This document shows, piece by piece, positions 26,335-30,125 of a stretch of DNA of 30,125 nucleotides. The stretch covers positions 1 through 30,125 of the IMG/VR virus record IMGVR_UViG_3300037237_000156; one strand, given 5' to 3'. The translations under genes and the position numbers were made by a program. Position 1 is the stretch's first letter. The number at the start of each line of letters is the position of its first letter. This DNA comes from a virus (Duplodnaviria; Caudoviricetes). The notes beneath the pieces are model-generated. The model was not told the origin of the DNA, did no database searches, and saw only the letters and a list, made by a program, of their open reading frames with translations.

Positions 26335-27633
26335 ATGCAACGCTGGATGCTGGGATACGCGCTCGCCGCGCTGCTGCTGCTGCCGTGTGCCTTTGCGCAA
26401 ACGGGCACGGTGACGGTGTCCGCCTCGGGGTTGGTCAAGTACACGCCGGCGGGAGCGACGCCGCTCGACAATGCCACGATCACCTTCGCGCCGACGACGG
26501 CCGCCGGCGCGCCGATCGCGTATCAGATCGACGGCAACGGACAGGCGATGGATCTGCCGACGTCGGCGCAGGTGAGTGGCGGCGTGTTTTCGGTCATGCT
26601 GCCTGACACGAACCTCACTTATCCGCAGAACGTCTGCTTCGCGATCACGATCACCGATAACAACAGCGGCAACGTGCTGCTGGGAGGGCAAAATTCGGGG
26701 TATGGCTGCGTCCAGCCGGCATGGAATACAACGACGCCGAACACCTGGTGCCAGAGCGGCATCTGCAATTTCGATCAGTATCCGCCCACGTCGAGCGCAA
26801 TCGCGCTGCTGGCGACCGGGCCAACCGGACCCACTGGAGCTACAGGCCCAGCGGGACCCACCGGACCCACGGGCTTGACAGGGGCTGCGGGAACTAACGG
26901 CACGAATGGAGCGACAGGGGCCACGGGTCCAACCGGAGCAACAGGCCCCACAGGCCCAACGGGTGCGGCTGGTCCTAACAGTGTGAGCACGAGCACCACC
27001 ACGACACTCACGGGGCTGCTCAAGGGCAACGGGGCGAATGTCGGCGCGGCCACGGCGGGCACAGACTATGCAACGCCCGGTGGTAATGTGGCGACAGCGA
27101 CGGCTCTGGCCGCTACTCCGGGTCAGTGCCCCGCAGGACAAATTGCCACGGGCGTAACGGCGGCGGGTACGGCGAATTGTACAGCAACGCCCACGGTGAC
27201 GCAGTTAACGGCCACATCGCCCACCGCGATCACGAACGCCAACTGCCTCGCGGCGACTACGGTGAGCACGCCATGCGTGGCGTATCAGGGGACGTTTACC
27301 GCTCAAGGGTTGTCGGGTGGAACTGGGACAATCACGCTTTATACCTCTAACGCTCCGGCAAACGCAACGTTTCAATTCTGTCCCGAAATCTATCTCACTA
27401 CAGCCGCCTCAACCGCAACGTTGATTTCCAACGGAAGCTGGACCAGTCCTGGGGGGGCTGTCATCACAAATAGGAGTTTCACTTCAAACGGCGCTACCCC
27501 CGTCGGGCTGATTTCCGTTGCTTGCTTCGATTTCACGGTGAAGGCAAATACTTCAGCAACCCTCTCAGTCTTCGCATCGGGGAGCGGCTCTCCGGTCTGG
27601 GAGACGGAGCCGGTGGTCATCCGCCTGCACTAA
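26335..27633 (+). CDS. Signal-peptide-bearing collagen fibre-like protein 2 (432 aa)
   Basis: GGGAGG SD (alternative ATG 26311); [21 protein letters not shown]|Q; N-domain homologous to fibre 1; 18 Gly-X-Y triplets at 26818-26979; GLLKGNG...ATAGTDY fibre motif. Confidence 0.85.
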   Translation: MQRWMLGYALAALLLLPCAFAQTGTVTVSASGLVKYTPAGATPLDNATITFAPTTAAGAPIAYQIDGNGQAMDLPTSAQVSGGVFSVMLPDTNLTYPQNVCFAITITDNNSGNVLLGGQNSGYGCVQPAWNTTTPNTWCQSGICNFDQYPPTSSAIALLATGPTGPTGATGPAGPTGPTGLTGAAGTNGTNGATGATGPTGATGPTGPTGAAGPNSVSTSTTTTLTGLLKGNGANVGAATAGTDYATPGGNVATATALAATPGQCPAGQIATGVTAAGTANCTATPTVTQLTATSPTAITNANCLAATTVSTPCVAYQGTFTAQGLSGGTGTITLYTSNAPANATFQFCPEIYLTTAASTATLISNGSWTSPGGAVITNRSFTSNGATPVGLISVACFDFTVKANTSATLSVFASGSGSPVWETEPVVIRLH

Positions 27634-27740
27634 CCGGACTAGCAGGGGCTCTCATTTTCGGAGAGGAAGGGAGGTCGCGGACAATTCGCCAGAGCTAGGC
27701 GGAATGCGGGAGGCGCGCCGTGCGCGCTCCCGCTTCTGCT

Positions 27741-27944
27741 TTATTTCAGCTTCTCTTTCTCGGGCCGGGCCTGAAAAAGCCCGCGCGGCGGATCCAGAGA
27801 CGAACTTGTACCACGCAGTACATTCCTCTCGAAAGCGGCTATGAACTGATCGACCCACGCGTCAGCGTCCTCATGAGTAATTCCGTTCAATTCCATAAGT
27901 CTCCGGATGGCGCGCTCGCGTGCGAGGGACAGGAGGTCGCTCAT
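27741..27944 (-). CDS. Small hypothetical protein, 67 aa
   Basis: MSDLLSLARERAIRRLMEL...EKEKLK; ATGA overlap with the upstream RHH gene. Confidence 0.6.
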   Translation of the reverse strand: MSDLLSLARERAIRRLMELNGITHEDADAWVDQFIAAFERNVLRGTSSSLDPPRGLFQARPEKEKLK

Positions 27945-27963
27945 TTCAGCTTCTCTTTCTCGG
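27743..27963. repeat. 21-bp exact direct repeat, 200 bp apart
   Basis: ATTTCAGCTTCTCTTTCTCGG at 27743-27763 and 27943-27963. Confidence 0.93.
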
Positions 27964-28102
27964 CCAGCGTGCGCAGCGCGCGGCGCAGCACTTCGGCGCG
28001 GCTCAGGAGGCCGGTTTTCTTCTGCAGCCGGGCCAGCAGCGCGAGATCCTCGGCGGTGAAGCGGACCGGGAAGGCCGGGTCGCGTCCTTTTTTCGCGGGC
28101 AT
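27941..28102 (-). CDS. Ribbon-helix-helix (CopG-like) DNA-binding protein, 53 aa (absent from the ORF track)
   Basis: Manual translation MPAKKGRDPAFPVRFTAEDLALLARLQKKTGLLSRAEVLRRALRTLAEKEKLK fits the RHH pattern (strand, helix, G.SR.EVLR.AL). Confidence 0.82.
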   Translation of the reverse strand: MPAKKGRDPAFPVRFTAEDLALLARLQKKTGLLSRAEVLRRALRTLAEKEKLK

Positions 28103-28110
28103 GGGCACCA

Positions 28111-28206
28111 GTGTAACGCATCTAACGCCAGTGTGGTATATACAGGGTACATACCCATGCTAGAGTCCGTCTCAGTCTCGCAGGCAGCCGGCATAACGTT
28201 ACGCAC
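28111..28206. promoter_or_regulatory. Divergent promoter/operator region between RHH gene and recombinase
   Basis: AT-richer; TAACGC twice (28114, 28123), GTATATAC and GGGTA-CA-TACCC palindromes, TAACGTTA at 28194-28201. Confidence 0.45.
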
Positions 28207-28273
28207 GCTTCTCGGCAGGAAGGTTCTCGGCCTCCGCTGTGCGTACACCGGCACACGCGGGAGGGGCGTGTCA

Positions 28274-29488
28274 ATGGTACCGAAGTCAATTGCGCGCACG
28301 CGCCGTACCGTGGATGATGCGGAGGTTCCCAAAACAGAACCATCGCACACGCCAGGACATCGCGAATGCCCGGCCTGCGAGAGGACCCGGGCCATGCACT
28401 CTGTACCGCTGACGCCGCAGATGAGCTTTCCCGCGGCTTTCGACCTTTGGATCTCCCGTCGCATCATCGAAAAAGCCGGCGTGTGGTCAAACGCCCGCTA
28501 CATCTCCCGCCGCACCGAGCAGGACCTTCGCCAGTACGCTCGCGCCGCCGCGCGCTTCTTCGGAGCGCTGCGTCTGGAAGAGATTCACGCCGGACACCTG
28601 CGCGAGTACCAGCGCGCCCGCGCGGTGTGCGATCGCGCGGCCGGAGACTGGGAGCAGGCCGCCGGCGCGAACCTGATCCGGAAAGAAGTGGGCACGGTGC
28701 TGCGCGTGATGCGCGCCGCCGGCGCCTGGAGCGAGCAGCTGGAGGAGGCGTACGAGCCGCTGCAGTCGGTCGAGAACGACGTGGCGCGCGCCATGACGCC
28801 GGAAGAACAGCACCGCTTTCTGCATCTGGCCGGCAGCCGCGAGGAGTGGCGCGTGGTCTACTGCTATGCGCTGGTCGCGCTGCAGACCACGGCATCGACC
28901 AATGAGCTGCGCGCGCTGCGGCTGGGCGACATCTTCCTGACGCAGGGCACGATCATGGTGCGGTCCGAGGGCGCGAAGAACAAGTTCCGCGTGCGCACGA
29001 TCCCGCTGCAGACGCCGGAAGTGGTGTGGGCGCTGGACTGGCTGATCGGGCGCGCGCGGGCGCTGGCCGAGCATGCGAAGGACAAAGGCGACTTCGCTGG
29101 CGATCCCGGTCCGCACTGCTTTTTGTTTCCGTTTCATCTGTGCCATGACCGCTACGATCCGCTGCGGTCGATGACGGTGTGGGGATTGCGCAAGCCGTGG
29201 TACGAGCTCCGCGGCGCGGCGGGGCTGGACTGGCTGCGGCCCTACGATCTGCGGCACACGGCGATCACGCGGATGGCGGAGGCGGGCGTGCCGATCCATG
29301 TGATCATGAGCTTCGCCGGGCACATGAGCGCGAAGATGCAGCTCCACTACACCAGCATCAGCATGGCGTCGAAGCGGGAGTGGGCGCAGAGGGCGTTTGA
29401 GATGCCGACGTGGGAGCAGACCGCGCAGGCGCTGAAGAAGCCGGTGGCGCGGGCAGGGTGGAGTGCGGAAAGGACGGGGACGCAATGA
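28274..29488 (+). CDS. Tyrosine recombinase/integrase-family protein, 404 aa
   Basis: GGGAGGGG SD; SAM-like LRLEEIHAGHLREYQ, GAKN, YDLRHT.IT.MAEAGV, FAGH, HYT; next to attR. Confidence 0.9.
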   Translation: MVPKSIARTRRTVDDAEVPKTEPSHTPGHRECPACERTRAMHSVPLTPQMSFPAAFDLWISRRIIEKAGVWSNARYISRRTEQDLRQYARAAARFFGALRLEEIHAGHLREYQRARAVCDRAAGDWEQAAGANLIRKEVGTVLRVMRAAGAWSEQLEEAYEPLQSVENDVARAMTPEEQHRFLHLAGSREEWRVVYCYALVALQTTASTNELRALRLGDIFLTQGTIMVRSEGAKNKFRVRTIPLQTPEVVWALDWLIGRARALAEHAKDKGDFAGDPGPHCFLFPFHLCHDRYDPLRSMTVWGLRKPWYELRGAAGLDWLRPYDLRHTAITRMAEAGVPIHVIMSFAGHMSAKMQLHYTSISMASKREWAQRAFEMPTWEQTAQALKKPVARAGWSAERTGTQ

Positions 29489-29808
29489 TCGACTTCGTGA
29501 CAACCTGTAGGCGGGACGCGGATGGCAAGTGGGTGTATGAGGAGAAGAAAATCGCGGAGCTGGCCGATGAAGAGCTGCTCAATGAATATGGGGGCGAAGA
29601 GGAATGCTCAACGCGCCGAATCAGCTCCGATCCGCCGAGTCCGATTGAGGAACTGAAACAAGAAATTCTGCGCCGCATGAAAATCGGTGCATCCCGGAAC
29701 GAGCGGCTCCTCGATCTTGTCGTGGCGATTCAATCCGTTCGCACCTGCGAGGACTGCCAGTTATGCGCTGCGTCCAGCGAGATGCTCCATGACTTGTTTC
29801 TTGGCTGA
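29485..29808 (+). CDS. Hypothetical protein, 107 aa
   Basis: ATGA overlap with the recombinase stop; CEDCQLC near the C-terminus. Confidence 0.6.
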   Translation: MIDFVTTCRRDADGKWVYEEKKIAELADEELLNEYGGEEECSTRRISSDPPSPIEELKQEILRRMKIGASRNERLLDLVVAIQSVRTCEDCQLCAASSEMLHDLFLG

Positions 29809-29891
29809 GGAGACAGATCTCCGCATGGGTAGAAATGCCCGTGCACCTGTCACGCAAACGCGGCATTTGATGACCAAGGGAACCATCCGAG

Positions 29892-29941
29892 TTATCCACA
29901 AGCGACTTAGTTCTTGACTTTTTGAAATTCGGAGTTATGTT
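29892..29941 (+). promoter_or_regulatory. DnaA-box consensus followed by a sigma70-like promoter facing attR
   Basis: TTATCCACA at 29892-29900; TTGACT-16 nt-TATGTT at 29914-29941. Confidence 0.4.
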
Positions 29942-30029
29942 CGAACACGTCCGGCCCGGCAGCAAAAACGAGGGCGGACGCGGAACAAAAGAGACGCGGT
30001 GACGATCCCCGCCCGGAGGAAATCGGCCA

Positions 30030-30079
30030 ACGCCCTTTTAAGGCGTGGGTCCTGGGTTCGAGTCCCAGCGGGCTCACCA
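30030..30079 (+). tRNA. 3' half of tRNA-Lys(UUU), the attR core duplication (not a complete tRNA)
   Basis: Anticodon arm ACGCC-CTTTTAA-GGCGT, T arm CTGGG-TTCGAGT-CCCAG, acceptor 3' strand CGGGCTC-A-CCA; no D arm or GAGCCCG 5' strand upstream. Confidence 0.9.
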
Positions 30080-30125
30080 CGCACTCCGTCGCGATCTGCC
30101 GCGCCTCATCCAGACAGAGCCGCCC

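Larger units (their letters stand above)
1..30079 (+). mobile_element. Prophage (siphovirus-type, HK97-like head), right part ending at attR; left end lies outside the window
   Basis: Co-oriented, tightly coupled lysis-packaging-head-tail gene order, then a tyrosine recombinase and a 3' tRNA fragment. Confidence 0.97.

Noticed and set aside
17421-26400. Lipoprotein interpretation of LLLLPC in both fibres
   Set aside because: L-L-P-C does not fit the lipobox [LVI][ASTVI][GAS]C, whereas AxA|Q directly follows and fits SPase I
27920-28273. N-terminal extension of the recombinase given in the ORF track
   Set aside because: Overlaps the divergent RHH gene and promoter region; ATG 28274 has a strong SD
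30000-30079. Complete tRNA-Lys gene
   Set aside because: The 5' acceptor strand and D arm are absent; only the 3' half is present
1-30125. CRISPR array or anti-phage defence island
   Set aside because: No regularly spaced repeat-spacer structure and no recognisable defence gene motifs

Overview
The window is the late-gene half and right end of a GC-rich temperate siphovirus-type prophage with an HK97-like head. The host is probably a diderm bacterium, possibly Acidobacteriota, which is only an inference from protein style. Gene order on the + strand: lysis cassette (GH73 endolysin, holin-like membrane proteins, a beta-barrel OMP), HNH, cos-like region, TerS, TerL, portal, S49 protease, major capsid, head-tail joining genes, tail tube, frameshifted tail chaperones, two morons, HK97 gp10-like gene, tape measure, fibre module, Dit/hub/NlpC-like/tail-tip genes, a second fibre gene, a small divergent RHH operon, a tyrosine recombinase and the 3' half of a tRNA-Lys(UUU) marking attR. 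The most unusual signal is that two paralogous collagen-containing, Cys-rich fibre-like proteins and the chaperone-like protein next to one of them all carry Sec/SPase I-type signal peptides. This suggests fibres that are exported and folded or oxidised in the periplasm rather than in the cytoplasm. Other oddities: a metallothionein-like tail on the prohead protease, a recombinase lacking the box I catalytic Arg, a relic of alternative fibre tips, and no recognisable spanin. All family assignments come from motif recognition by eye; no searches were run.
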